A DNA stretch of 64,000 nt, taken from the NCBI RefSeq assembly GCF_000737315.1, contig NZ_JMCB01000003.1, forward strand, positions 124,001-188,000, in the 5' to 3' direction. The position numbers and the translations under genes are program-made. Source of the DNA: Hyalangium minutum (GTDB taxonomy: Bacteria > Myxococcota > Myxococcia > Myxococcales > Myxococcaceae). The notes beneath the pieces were generated by a model. It did not search any database, had not been told where the DNA came from, and saw nothing but the letters and a program-made list of their open reading frames with translations. Below are positions 54,808 to 64,000 of this stretch, one piece after another; the stretch's first letter is position 1, and each line of letters starts with the position of its first letter.

Positions 54808-55539
54808 ATGGAGCGCACAGGAGCAGCGGCGGTCATCATCGGCAACGAGGTCCTCACCGCGAAGGTGGTGGACGCCAACGGGCCCCACCTCATCCGGAGG
54901 CTGAGGGAGACGGGCATTCCGCTGCGCTCGGTAGAGATCGTCACGGACGACGTGGATGCCATCGTCGACGCGGTGGTGCGGGCTCGTTCCCGGGCGGAGT
55001 ACGTCTTCACCAGCGGAGGCATTGGTCCCACGCATGATGACGTCACGGTGCGCGCGGTGGCGCTGGCGATGGGGCGCGAAGTGGTGCGGTTGCCGGAGAT
55101 GGTGGAGCTCATCCGCAACCGATACGATTCTGTGACCGGCGAGGCCATGCGTCTGGCGGACGCGCCTGAAGGCACAGTGCTGCTTCATCAAGAGGGTAGC
55201 TGGTTCCCCGTACTGACGGTGGACAAGGTTTTCCTGCTACCGGGGGTGCCGCAGCTCTTCCGGCTCCAGTTGGAGACGGTGCTGAAGCAACTTCAAGGGA
55301 CTCCGGTGTTCCTGCGCTGCCTCTACCTGCGGCTGGGCGAGAGCACCATCGCCGCGGTACTAGACCGGGTGGCGCTAGACATGCCGCACGTTGCCATCGG
55401 CTCCTACCCGGTGTTTGACGCGGAGCTGGACTACCGGGTCAAGGTGACGATCGAAGCCGCCGAGCTGGCGCAGGTGGAGGAGGCGCTGGCTCGCATCCGA
55501 GTCGGGCTGCCTGCGGACGCGGTGGTGAGAGCGGAGTAA
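54808..55539 (+). CDS. CinA-like molybdopterin-binding-domain protein (no PncC domain)
   Basis: IIGNEVL..KVVDANG, TSGGIGPTHDDVT and FLLPGVP. Confidence 0.88.
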   Translation: MERTGAAAVIIGNEVLTAKVVDANGPHLIRRLRETGIPLRSVEIVTDDVDAIVDAVVRARSRAEYVFTSGGIGPTHDDVTVRAVALAMGREVVRLPEMVELIRNRYDSVTGEAMRLADAPEGTVLLHQEGSWFPVLTVDKVFLLPGVPQLFRLQLETVLKQLQGTPVFLRCLYLRLGESTIAAVLDRVALDMPHVAIGSYPVFDAELDYRVKVTIEAAELAQVEEALARIRVGLPADAVVRAE

Positions 55540-55552
55540 GCAACACAGTCTT

Positions 55553-57235
55553 CTACCGGCGTTTCTTGAGCCAGCGGGTCACGCTGACCTTCCGGAACCG
55601 GCTGCCGAACAGGTACCAGGTGAACGCGCCCCCTGCGAGCGCTGCTGCGAGGGCAATGGCCACGATGCCCAACACCGGCACACCGTCGTACATCCACGGC
55701 TTCGGCGCGAACGCAATGAATGTGCCCACAATGAACCCGCAGGCGCACAAGCCCAGGAACGCGATGATGGCCAGCGTCCGCAGGTTCTCGTTCAGCTTGT
55801 CGAACTGATCCTCGCGCAGCGTCACCGTGAACTTCCCGGCCTCCAGATCCAGCAGGATCTGCGAGAGCTGCGTCGGCAGGTCCGTGGCCAGCGACTGGAA
55901 CCGCAGCAGCGTCTTCATCAAGCCGCCCTGTAGCTGGCTCGGATCGTACCGCCCCGCCAGAAGTTCCTTCGCGTACGGCAGCACCACCTCGAGGATGTTC
56001 ATCTCAGGGTACAGGCTCCGGAGCATGCCCTCCGTCGACACCGACGCCCGGCTCAGCAGCGCGTACTCCTTCGGAATCCGGATCTTGTACTTCACCGCCA
56101 GGTCCAGCAGGTCTCTCAGCAGCGTCCGCGCGTCCACCTGTCCCAGCGTCGTCGGCAGGTGCTGACCCAGGATGCCCTCGATGTCGTTGCGGAACCCCAC
56201 GAGGTTCGCTCGCGAGTCCGGCACCCCCATCCGGTACAGGATGCGCGCCACCGAGTCGCTGTCCTTCAGCGCCACCGCCAGGCACAGCATCACCAGCGTC
56301 TCCTGCATCGGCTTCGTCAGCCGTCCCACCACCCCGAAGTCCAGCAGCGCCAGCCGGTTCCCCTCCAGCAGCAGGAGATTTCCCGGGTGCGGATCCCCAT
56401 GGAAGAGGCCGTCGTCGAACAGCTGCCGGAAGCTCGCCTCGATGATGTGCTTCGCGAGTTCTTTCCGTTCGTCCTCGGACAGCTTCGCCTGGCTGATCTT
56501 CACCCCGCGGATGAACTCCAGCGTCAGCACCTTCCGGCTCGACAGCTCGTCGTACACCCGGGGGATCTTCAGGTACGGCCGGTCCTCGTGGTTCGCCAGG
56601 AACGCCCGGATGTTCGAGGCCTCGTTCACGAAGTCCAGTTCCTCGTGAATCGCCTTGTCGAACTCGTCCACGATGCCCGTCGGCGTGTAGACGCCTGTCT
56701 CCTCGATGACCGCCTCCAGCAGGCGCGCCAGCGAGCGCAGCACCGTGAGATCCGAGTCGATCCGCTGCGAGATCCCCGGCCGCTGTACCTTCACCACCAC
56801 CTCGTCCCCCGACAGCGTCACGGCTCGATGCACCTGGGCGATCGAGGCCGCCGCCAGCGGGACGGGATCGATCGTCGCGAACAGGTCCTGCACCTCCTTG
56901 CCCAGGGACTCGCGGATCTGCTCGTGCACCTGCTCCAGCGGGATGGGCTCCACTTGATCCTGCAGCAGGGACAGCTCATCCACGAACTCGGCCGGCAGCA
57001 GGTCTCCGCGCGTGGACAGGATCTGCCCCAACTTCACGAACGTGGGGCCCAGATCGTTGAGCATCATCCGGAAGCGCCGCGCCGTCGACGCTCGCTGCGT
57101 TTCCGGCGACACCTCCACCTTCTCCCGGCGGCCCAGCATGCGCCACAGCCCGGCACGCTCTGCCACATCGGCGAAGCCAAACCGCGCCGCGATGACGGCG
57201 ATCTGACGGACTCGATTGAGGTCCTGGAGGATCAC
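55553..57235 (-). CDS. ABC1/UbiB (AarF) family atypical kinase with C-terminal TMs
   Basis: LGPTFVKLGQILSTRGD, AAASIAQVHRA, VVKVQRPG, FHGDPHPGN and LDFGVVG. Confidence 0.92.
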   Translation of the reverse strand: MILQDLNRVRQIAVIAARFGFADVAERAGLWRMLGRREKVEVSPETQRASTARRFRMMLNDLGPTFVKLGQILSTRGDLLPAEFVDELSLLQDQVEPIPLEQVHEQIRESLGKEVQDLFATIDPVPLAAASIAQVHRAVTLSGDEVVVKVQRPGISQRIDSDLTVLRSLARLLEAVIEETGVYTPTGIVDEFDKAIHEELDFVNEASNIRAFLANHEDRPYLKIPRVYDELSSRKVLTLEFIRGVKISQAKLSEDERKELAKHIIEASFRQLFDDGLFHGDPHPGNLLLLEGNRLALLDFGVVGRLTKPMQETLVMLCLAVALKDSDSVARILYRMGVPDSRANLVGFRNDIEGILGQHLPTTLGQVDARTLLRDLLDLAVKYKIRIPKEYALLSRASVSTEGMLRSLYPEMNILEVVLPYAKELLAGRYDPSQLQGGLMKTLLRFQSLATDLPTQLSQILLDLEAGKFTVTLREDQFDKLNENLRTLAIIAFLGLCACGFIVGTFIAFAPKPWMYDGVPVLGIVAIALAAALAGGAFTWYLFGSRFRKVSVTRWLKKRR

Positions 57236-57548
57236 GCGCCGTGCACCTTCCCACGGGCTCGCAGCGCCCGCAAACGGTCAGATTCACACAGGGCAGGCGA
57301 GTGCGCGGAATTGCTCAACGGCTACCGGTTCACAGCGGGCTCCAGGTACGGGGCACCCCAGTCTGGGCTCACAGGTCGCGGGCCCCTCGGCTCGGCGCGG
57401 GTCCCCCCGTCAGCGGACGGGTCCTCCCGCGCCGGCCGTCCCGCTCTCCCTCGGTCCACGGGATGTGGGCACACCGTTGTTCCGGAGTGGCCGCGTTCCT
57501 ACCATGGCCCCCTGGGCTCCCGGCTGTACGGAAGGACGGCACGCAACG

Positions 57549-58214
57549 ATGCGGTGGCTCTCGTGGCTCACTCAGCACCAGCTCGGACGGCTCGTCTCCG
57601 CCGTTGCCATCATTTTTGCCAGCATCCGCTGCTACGCCTGGCTCAACCGCCTCCTGCCGCCTCGCTTCGACTTCACCACACCCCTCGACACCGCCATCCC
57701 GTTCCTGCCCTGGACCTATCACCTGTACTGGAGCTTCTTCCTGCTCCTCCTCGTCGCGGCCTGGCAGCTTCGCTCCGATGAGTACGCCCGGAGTCTGCGG
57801 GCTGTCCTCTGGGTCGTCCTCGTCTGCTTCTCCGGCTTCGTTCTCTTCTCTGCCCACTACCCACGCCCAGACGTCGACACCATCGCCTCCCCGTTCTGGC
57901 GCGAGGAGTTCCGGTGGATGTGGGGCCATGACAAGCCCGGCAACACCTTCCCCAGCCTTCATGTGGCCATCACCGTCCTCGGCACCCGCATCCTCTGGCG
58001 CCGCAGGAGGAGCCTCCTCTGGATCCTGTGGGCCACGATCATCTGCCTCTCCACTCTGACCGTGAAGCAGCACTTCATCGTGGATGTCCTCGGCGGGGCC
58101 CTGGTGGGCCTCGCCGTCCATACGCGGGTGTTCCGAGAGAAGGCTTCGTCACCCGATCAGGCTGGCGAGGGCGCCGCCACCTTCGGCGCAGGGCCGAAGC
58201 GCAGCAGCAGGTAG
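57549..58214 (+). CDS. PAP2-family membrane phosphatase/phosphotransferase (AUR1/IPC synthase-like)
   Basis: ATG 57549; multi-TM; FPSLHV and STLTVKQHFIVDVLGG. Confidence 0.85.
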   Translation: MRWLSWLTQHQLGRLVSAVAIIFASIRCYAWLNRLLPPRFDFTTPLDTAIPFLPWTYHLYWSFFLLLLVAAWQLRSDEYARSLRAVLWVVLVCFSGFVLFSAHYPRPDVDTIASPFWREEFRWMWGHDKPGNTFPSLHVAITVLGTRILWRRRRSLLWILWATIICLSTLTVKQHFIVDVLGGALVGLAVHTRVFREKASSPDQAGEGAATFGAGPKRSSR

Positions 58215-59497
58215 CCCACCACCGCCGACAGCAACGAGCCCAGCAGGATTCCCAGCTTGGCCTCGGCCAGCAGGTTCGGATCGCTCGGGAACGCCAGTGT
58301 CGCCACGAAGAGCGCCACCGTGAACCCAATGCCCGCCACCACCGCCACCCCGTGCAGCTGTGAAACCCTCGACCCTCCAGGGAGCGGTGACACCCCCACC
58401 TTCACCGCCACGTAGGTGAACAGGAAGATCCCGACCTGCTTGCCCACGAACAGCCCCACGATGATTCCCAATGGCAGCGGCTTGGCCAGGTCCGCCAGCG
58501 ACATGCCCTCCAGCGAAATCCCCGAGTTCGCCAGCGCGAACAGCGGCACGATCCCGTATGCCACGTATCCGTGCCACAGGTGCACGAAGCGGTTCAGTGG
58601 CGGCTCGATGTCCTCCAACTGCTCCTCGATGTAGAGCAACTGCGCGCTGCGCACCGCCTCGTCCTCGGGCTCCTCCACGCACCGGGTGATGTAGGAGGAC
58701 AGCTCGGTGAGGACCTCCCGCCCCCGGCGTACCGGTACCGCCGGGATGAACATCCCCAGCATCACCCCCGACAGCGTCGCGTGGATCCCTCCGTGGTGCA
58801 TCGCGTACCAGAGCACTCCGCCAAGCAGCAGGTACACCATGCCGTTGCGCACGTAGAACCGGTTGCACACCGCCAGCACCACCGCCACGCCCCCCGCCGC
58901 CATCAGCCACTCCCCGTGGAGCCCTGTCCCGTAGAAGAGCGCGATCACGATGATGCCGCCGATGTCGTCGAAGATCGCCAACGCCGTCAGGAACACCACC
59001 AGCGCGTGTGACACCCGCGCCCGCACCAGCGTCAGGCACCCAATCGAGAACGCAATGTCCGTTGCCATCGGGATCGCCCAGCCTGCCGCCGCTGGCGTCC
59101 CCGCGTTGAAGATCAGGTACAGCCCCGCAGGCACCAGCATGCCCCCCAACGCCGCGATCAGCGGCAGCAGCGCCCTCGCCGGCGTGCGCAGCTCTCCGGC
59201 GGACAGCTCTCGCTTGATCTCCATCCCCACCAGGAAGAAGAACAGCGTCATCAGCCCGTCGTTGATGAACTCCCGGAACGTGAACGCCCCGCGCGACCCG
59301 GACAGCTCCAGCGCCATCGGCGCGTCGAACAGCCCCGTGTAGCTCGAAGCCCAGGGCGAGTTGGCCCACACCATGGCCGCCACCGCGCACAGCGCCAGGA
59401 TGATGCCGCTGCTGGCCTCCAGCCGGAAGAAGGCCTGGAGCGGCGCGATCGCGACCTTGAAGAGGGCAGGGACAGGGGGGGGCGGGCGTGGCTCCAT
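58157..59497 (-). CDS. nhaA: Na+/H+ antiporter NhaA
   Basis: FINDGLMTLFFFLVGMEIKRE, GWAIPMATDIAF, LAIFDDIGGI, GIHATLSGV and GIGFTVALFV. Start placed at ATG 59497. Confidence 0.96.
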   Translation of the reverse strand: MEPRPPPPVPALFKVAIAPLQAFFRLEASSGIILALCAVAAMVWANSPWASSYTGLFDAPMALELSGSRGAFTFREFINDGLMTLFFFLVGMEIKRELSAGELRTPARALLPLIAALGGMLVPAGLYLIFNAGTPAAAGWAIPMATDIAFSIGCLTLVRARVSHALVVFLTALAIFDDIGGIIVIALFYGTGLHGEWLMAAGGVAVVLAVCNRFYVRNGMVYLLLGGVLWYAMHHGGIHATLSGVMLGMFIPAVPVRRGREVLTELSSYITRCVEEPEDEAVRSAQLLYIEEQLEDIEPPLNRFVHLWHGYVAYGIVPLFALANSGISLEGMSLADLAKPLPLGIIVGLFVGKQVGIFLFTYVAVKVGVSPLPGGSRVSQLHGVAVVAGIGFTVALFVATLAFPSDPNLLAEAKLGILLGSLLSAVVGYLLLRFGPAPKVAAPSPA

Positions 59498-59502
59498 AGG
59501 GG

Positions 59503-59553
59503 GGGTAGGTTGCCCTCCTGCCTGCCGTGCGGAAACCGATTTCGACACCCATG
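59503..59553 (-). ncRNA. Candidate cis-regulatory RNA in the nhaA leader, resembling the nhaA-I (Li+) riboswitch
   Basis: Minus strand AUGGGUGUCGAAAUCGGUUUCCGCACGGCAGGCAGGAGGGCAACCUACCC. The stem UGUCG/CGGCA has a loop GGUU that can pair with downstream AACC (pseudoknot), and the GGAGG SD lies inside the 3' strand. The class assignment is from memory of the motif. Confidence 0.5.
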
Positions 59554-59659
59554 AACTGACGACGTCCACCGGGGGTGTTACAGGTGCGTTTCAGGTGACG
59601 TAAGGGGTAGGACGCTCGCGCGTTGATCCTGGGCGCGGGGCGTGAGAGAAGGGGAAATC

Positions 59660-62419
59660 ATGGGTGGAACGCAGGTGAAGACAGCCAAGGGCGCCAGCGC
59701 CGAAGTCGCTCCAGAATCCAACCTGGAGGGTATGGAAGCCAAGGCCGAGCCAACGGGGGCACGGGAGATTGCCTCCCTGACCCCCATGATGCGCCAGTAT
59801 CTGGAGCTCAAGGCGCTCCACCCGGACACCATCCTCTTCTTCCGGCTCGGGGACTTCTACGAGATGTTCTTCGAGGACGCCATCCGCGCCTCGGAGTTGC
59901 TCCAGATCACCCTCACCGCGCGCGCCAAGGGCAGTGAGAAGGTGCCCATGTGCGGCGTGCCCTACCACTCGGCCCGCCGCTACATCGCCCGCCTCATCGA
60001 GCAGGGGCTCAAGGTCGCCATCTGCGAGCAGATGGAGGAGCCCGGCAATGGCCCCGGCATCGTCAAGCGCGAGGTGACGCGCATCATCACCCCCGGCATG
60101 GTGCTGGACGAGGAAGTGCTCGAGCCGCGCGCCAGCAACTTCCTGGCTGCCGTGCACTGGGCCGAGCGGGGCTTCGGCGCCGCCCTGCTCGAGGCCTCGA
60201 CCGGCGAGTTCTTCTCCGTGGAGGTGGCCACCGCCCAGGAGCTGGTGGAAGCCCTGTCTCGCGTGGACCCTCGCGAGCTGCTCGTGCCCGAGGGGCAGCG
60301 GTCTGCGGCCGAGGTGGCCTTCCTCACCGCGCGTCTGCCTCGCACCCCTTCGGTGACAGAGCTGGACAAGGCCGCCTTCGAGGCTCCGCGTGCGGCGCTC
60401 TATCTGAAGGGCCATTTCTCGGTGGCCTCGCTGGAGGCCTTCGGGCTGGCGGATGCGCCCCTGGCCACCGGCGCGGCGGGCGCGGCCCTGCGCTACCTCA
60501 AGGACACCCAGAAGACGAACGCCGCGCACGTGGATCGGCTGAGCCGCCTGGAGCGCGCCGGGCATCTGCTCATGGACGAGTCCTCGCGCTCCAACCTGGA
60601 GGTGCTCAAGACGCTCCGGGATGGCGCTCGCAAGGGGAGCCTCCTGGGCGTGCTGGACCGCACTGCTACCAGCATGGGCGGCCGCAAGCTGGCTCGCTGG
60701 CTTGCCGCGCCCCTGTGTGCCCTGCCGGAGATCCATGCCCGTCTGGATGCCGTGGAGGAGCTGGCTCAGAAGAGCGTCTGGCGCGAGGAACTCACCACGC
60801 TCCTCAAGGAGGTCGCGGACCTGGAGCGGCTGTGCGGACGGCTCTCGCTCGGGGCCGGCAATGCTCGCGATCTGCGAGCCCTGGCCGTGTCGCTCGCGCA
60901 GCTGCCCAAGCTGTCCGCCGCGCTCGCTCGGTGCTCGGCACCGCTGCTCAAGGCCCTGGCGGGTCCGCTGAGCGCTCTGCCGGAGCTGGCAGAGCTTCTT
61001 CTGCGAGCCGTGGTGGATGAGCCGCCGGTGACGATCAAGGAGGGTGGCCTGTTCCGCCAGGGCTTCCACGCAGAGCTGGATGAGCTGGTGGCGCTGTCCA
61101 CCTCCGGCAAGGACTACCTGCTGAAGCTCGAGGCGCGGGAGCGGGAGCGGACGAAGATCTCCTCGCTCAAGGTCCGCTACAACAAGGTGTTCGGGTACTT
61201 CATCGAGGTGACGAACAGCAACAAGCACCTGGTGCCCAAGGACTACATCCGCAAGCAGACCACGGTGGGGGGCGAGCGCTTCATCACCCCCGAGCTCAAG
61301 GAGTACGAGGAGAAGGTCCTCACCGCAGAGGAGCGTCGCTGCGCGCTGGAGCTTCGCCTCTTCGAGGAGCTGCGGGCCCAGGTGGTTGCCGCCGCCCCGC
61401 GTATCCGCTCGGCCGCCGAGGCCGTGGCCACCAGCGATGCGCTCCTGTCCTTTGCGCGCTGCTCCGCGGAGTACGGCTACATCCGGCCCGTGGTGGATGA
61501 CTCGGACGTGTTCTCCATCACCGCCGGGCGCCATCCCGTGGTCGAGCGCGTGCTGAGCGCGGGCGAGTCCTTCGTCCCCAATGACGTGCAGATGAGCTCG
61601 GGCGAGGCGCAGATCCTCGTCATCACCGGTCCGAACATGGCCGGTAAGAGCACGGTGATGCGGCAGGTGGCGCTCACGGTGCTCATGGCCCAGGCGGGTT
61701 GCTTCGTCCCGGCCAAGGCGGCGCACATTGGCCTATGCGATCGGATCTTCACCCGCGTGGGCGCCGCGGACAATCTGGCGCGCGGACAGTCCACGTTCAT
61801 GGTGGAGATGACGGAGACGAGCCACATCCTTCACCACGCCACGCGCAAGAGCATCGTGATCCTGGACGAGATCGGCCGTGGCACCTCCACGTTCGATGGG
61901 CTCTCCATTGCCTGGGCAGTGGCTGAGCACATCCACGACAAGCTCGGCGCGCGCACGCTGTTCGCCACGCACTACCACGAGCTGGTGGACCTGGCCCGAG
62001 AGAAGCCTCGGGTGAAGAACCTGTGCATCGCGGTCAAGGAGCACGGTGGCAAGGTGCTCTTCCTGCGCAAGCTGGTGCCCGGCGGTGCGAACCGTTCCTA
62101 CGGCATCGAGGTGGCCAAGCTGGCCGGCTTGCCCCAGGAGGTGGTGGCCCGCGCTCGGGACATCCTCCAGAACCTGGAGTCCGGGGAGCTGGATGAGGCA
62201 GGGCGTCCTCGCGCTGCGGTCCGCCGGGGTTCCCGCGTGGCGGCTGGGCAGCTCGGGCTCTTCGGGGGAGAGGCGAGTGGGGGAGCAACGCCGGAGGTTC
62301 CCGCTGTACCCCCCGCGCAGCAGAAGGTGCTGGATGCGCTGCGCAACACCTCGCTGGACACCACCACGCCGCTGGAGGCCCTCAACCTCCTGGCACGGCT
62401 CCAGAAGGAGTTGAAGTAA
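59660..62419 (+). CDS. mutS: DNA mismatch repair protein MutS
   Basis: TPMMRQY, FFRLGDFYEMF, PMCGVPYH, ITGPNMAGKST, DEIGRGTST and SYGIEVAKLAG. Confidence 0.98.
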   Translation: MGGTQVKTAKGASAEVAPESNLEGMEAKAEPTGAREIASLTPMMRQYLELKALHPDTILFFRLGDFYEMFFEDAIRASELLQITLTARAKGSEKVPMCGVPYHSARRYIARLIEQGLKVAICEQMEEPGNGPGIVKREVTRIITPGMVLDEEVLEPRASNFLAAVHWAERGFGAALLEASTGEFFSVEVATAQELVEALSRVDPRELLVPEGQRSAAEVAFLTARLPRTPSVTELDKAAFEAPRAALYLKGHFSVASLEAFGLADAPLATGAAGAALRYLKDTQKTNAAHVDRLSRLERAGHLLMDESSRSNLEVLKTLRDGARKGSLLGVLDRTATSMGGRKLARWLAAPLCALPEIHARLDAVEELAQKSVWREELTTLLKEVADLERLCGRLSLGAGNARDLRALAVSLAQLPKLSAALARCSAPLLKALAGPLSALPELAELLLRAVVDEPPVTIKEGGLFRQGFHAELDELVALSTSGKDYLLKLEARERERTKISSLKVRYNKVFGYFIEVTNSNKHLVPKDYIRKQTTVGGERFITPELKEYEEKVLTAEERRCALELRLFEELRAQVVAAAPRIRSAAEAVATSDALLSFARCSAEYGYIRPVVDDSDVFSITAGRHPVVERVLSAGESFVPNDVQMSSGEAQILVITGPNMAGKSTVMRQVALTVLMAQAGCFVPAKAAHIGLCDRIFTRVGAADNLARGQSTFMVEMTETSHILHHATRKSIVILDEIGRGTSTFDGLSIAWAVAEHIHDKLGARTLFATHYHELVDLAREKPRVKNLCIAVKEHGGKVLFLRKLVPGGANRSYGIEVAKLAGLPQEVVARARDILQNLESGELDEAGRPRAAVRRGSRVAAGQLGLFGGEASGGATPEVPAVPPAQQKVLDALRNTSLDTTTPLEALNLLARLQKELK

Positions 62420-62446
62420 AAGGGGGCGAGCCAAGGAGGCCGCCTC

Positions 62447-63211
62447 GTGCAGTTCGCCATTCCTCACGCGCCCCGGCGTGTCCGCTTTTCCCAGGTGCCC
62501 GGCGCCGTGGGAAGGCTGGTGCGCACTGTCATCCTTGGGCTCCTGTTCATGGCCGTTGTCGGCGCGGGGGCTGCCTTCGCTGGGCGCTTCTTCATCAAGG
62601 AGCGCGACTTCTTCGCTCGGGCCGAGGAGGTGGAGGGGTTCGTCGCGAGCAGCAAGCTGCCGCCCCCGGAGAAGCGTGTCGACGCTGAAGCCACCCTGGA
62701 GGTGCTCTACAGCGTCGACGAGCGGCAATACACCGTGAACGGCGTGCGCACCGCCGCTGAGTACGCCGAGGGGCTCGGCCGGGGCGCACAGGTGAAGCTG
62801 CTCGTGGACCCGAGCCAGCCGGACAAGCCCCGCGAGGCTCAGTTCGCTCGTGCACAGTCCGGTGCCATCAACCTGCTCCCGTGGGGGTTGGGTGTTGGGG
62901 CGCTCGGCGCCGTGGTCCTGTTCCTGCGCGAGCTGCGCCGCACCATCCGCGCCGAGCTCGAGCCCCTGCGCCGGGGTGATCTGGTCTGGCTCACGCCGGA
63001 TGGGCCTCTGCCTGAGACTCGCAGCGAGACCGTCTTCCCCGCCTCCTACTACCGCAAGGATGTGAAGCACGCCGTCCGCGCCCGCGCCCGCCCGGGCCGC
63101 GCCCCGGTGCGCAATGGAGCCAAGGTGCTCGCCGCGGTGATCCCCCGCGAGCAGGACTGGGTCCGCGTCATCGACGAGGATCTGGCCCGTACCCTCGGCT
63201 GGATTCGTTGA
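62447..63211 (+). CDS. DUF3592-family membrane protein
   Basis: GTG start after GGAGG; TM, beta domain (V.LLVDPSQPD), TM and cytoplasmic tail. Confidence 0.7.
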   Translation: MQFAIPHAPRRVRFSQVPGAVGRLVRTVILGLLFMAVVGAGAAFAGRFFIKERDFFARAEEVEGFVASSKLPPPEKRVDAEATLEVLYSVDERQYTVNGVRTAAEYAEGLGRGAQVKLLVDPSQPDKPREAQFARAQSGAINLLPWGLGVGALGAVVLFLRELRRTIRAELEPLRRGDLVWLTPDGPLPETRSETVFPASYYRKDVKHAVRARARPGRAPVRNGAKVLAAVIPREQDWVRVIDEDLARTLGWIR

Positions 63212-63304
63212 GCCGCGAGGGCAGGGGAGAACCGAAAATTTGCGGGTGCAAGGAGCCCATGACACACATCTGTAGCTGTCGATCCCCGTGTGTCCGGAGG
63301 CTTC

Positions 63305-64000
63305 ATGCGCGCTCGCCTCGCCCTCTTCCTGCTGCTGCTGTCGAGTGTCGCCTCCGCGGCGAAGCGGGATGCGGCCGAAGAGGCCTACCAGGAGGCGCGC
63401 ACGGCCTACTACGTCCTCAAGGGAGACGCAGTGCGGCGCAAGCTGCGCCACCACTGGCTCAACGTCGCCCGCCGCTTCGAGGCCGTCGCCACCGACCACC
63501 CCAAGAGCCCTCGCGCACCAGACGCCCTCTTCACCGCCGGCGAGCTGATGAACGAGCTGAGCCGGATCTCCTTCCTCCTGGAGGATCTCCAGTCCGCCGC
63601 GGGCGACTACTCGAAGGTTGTCGAGAACCACCCGCGTCACCGCCTCGCGGATGACGCCGCGCTCTCGCTGGCCCGCATCTATCTGGATCGCCTGGACCAC
63701 CCCGATGCCGCTCGCCGCGTCATCACCGACAGCCTCGCCAACAACAGCAAGGGTGACCGGGCCCGTGAGCTGAAGGAACTGCTGGCCTCGCTGCCCACGC
63801 CCAAGACGCCGCCCCCTCCCGCTCGCAAGCCCGCCGCGCCCGCTGTTGCCGAGGCGGCTCCTGCTCCCGCTGCGCAGCCGGATGCGTCCAAGGCGGGAAC
63901 ATCGCTGGTGGATGCCATCTCCAAGCTGGCGCGTGAGTCGGGACCCACCAACGCGGCTCCTGCCCCCGAGGCTCAGGATTCCAAGGCCAGCAGCGAGGCT
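63305..64000 (+). CDS. 5' part of a secreted TPR-like protein, probably N-acetylmuramoyl-L-alanine amidase (runs off the window end)
   Basis: SD GGAGG, then ATG 63305, open to the window end (absent from the ORF track). Signal peptide, BamD/YfiO-like TPR helices (HPKSPRAPDALF, HPRHRLADDAAL) and a Pro-rich linker. The amidase call rests on mutS-amiC synteny known in deltaproteobacteria; the catalytic domain is not visible. Confidence 0.65.
   Translation, partial: MRARLALFLLLLSSVASAAKRDAAEEAYQEARTAYYVLKGDAVRRKLRHHWLNVARRFEAVATDHPKSPRAPDALFTAGELMNELSRISFLLEDLQSAAGDYSKVVENHPRHRLADDAALSLARIYLDRLDHPDAARRVITDSLANNSKGDRARELKELLASLPTPKTPPPPARKPAAPAVAEAAPAPAAQPDASKAGTSLVDAISKLARESGPTNAAPAPEAQDSKASSEA

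Overview
GC-rich (roughly 70% by eye) chromosomal window from a myxobacterium, most like suborder Cystobacterineae. This is inferred from gene content: Ser/Thr kinase-PEGA, FHA, Uma2, many lipoproteins and Cys-rich proteins. It is densely coding, with about 50 genes. Core genes (carB, gltBD, greA, recG, pcm, thrC, tmk, nhaA, mutS, and a probable amiC running off the right end) are interleaved with envelope, secreted and hydrolytic accessory genes. I saw no tRNA, rRNA, CRISPR array, integrase or transposase. Best leads: (1) a translationally coupled Ser/Thr kinase-PEGA and TPR-PEGA-TonB-dependent receptor pair; (2) a signal-less C39/papain-like protease with an 11-mer amphipathic tail, next to a YW beta-propeller lipoprotein; (3) a pseudoknot-forming leader on nhaA that resembles an nhaA-I (Li+) riboswitch; (4) a lower-GC insert between tmk and cinA, with a 1-nt-frameshifted ~930-aa lipoprotein and a small lipoprotein/32-Cys protein pair; (5) a Zn-PLC/S1-P1-like enzyme fused to a small beta-barrel; (6) an orphan PptH-like hydrolase; (7) a DUF697-H1-like-SCP2 fusion; (8) an orphan gspC with a sigma54-type promoter; (9) an in-frame-deleted glycosyltransferase remnant. 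All family calls come from reading motifs by eye, not from database searches.
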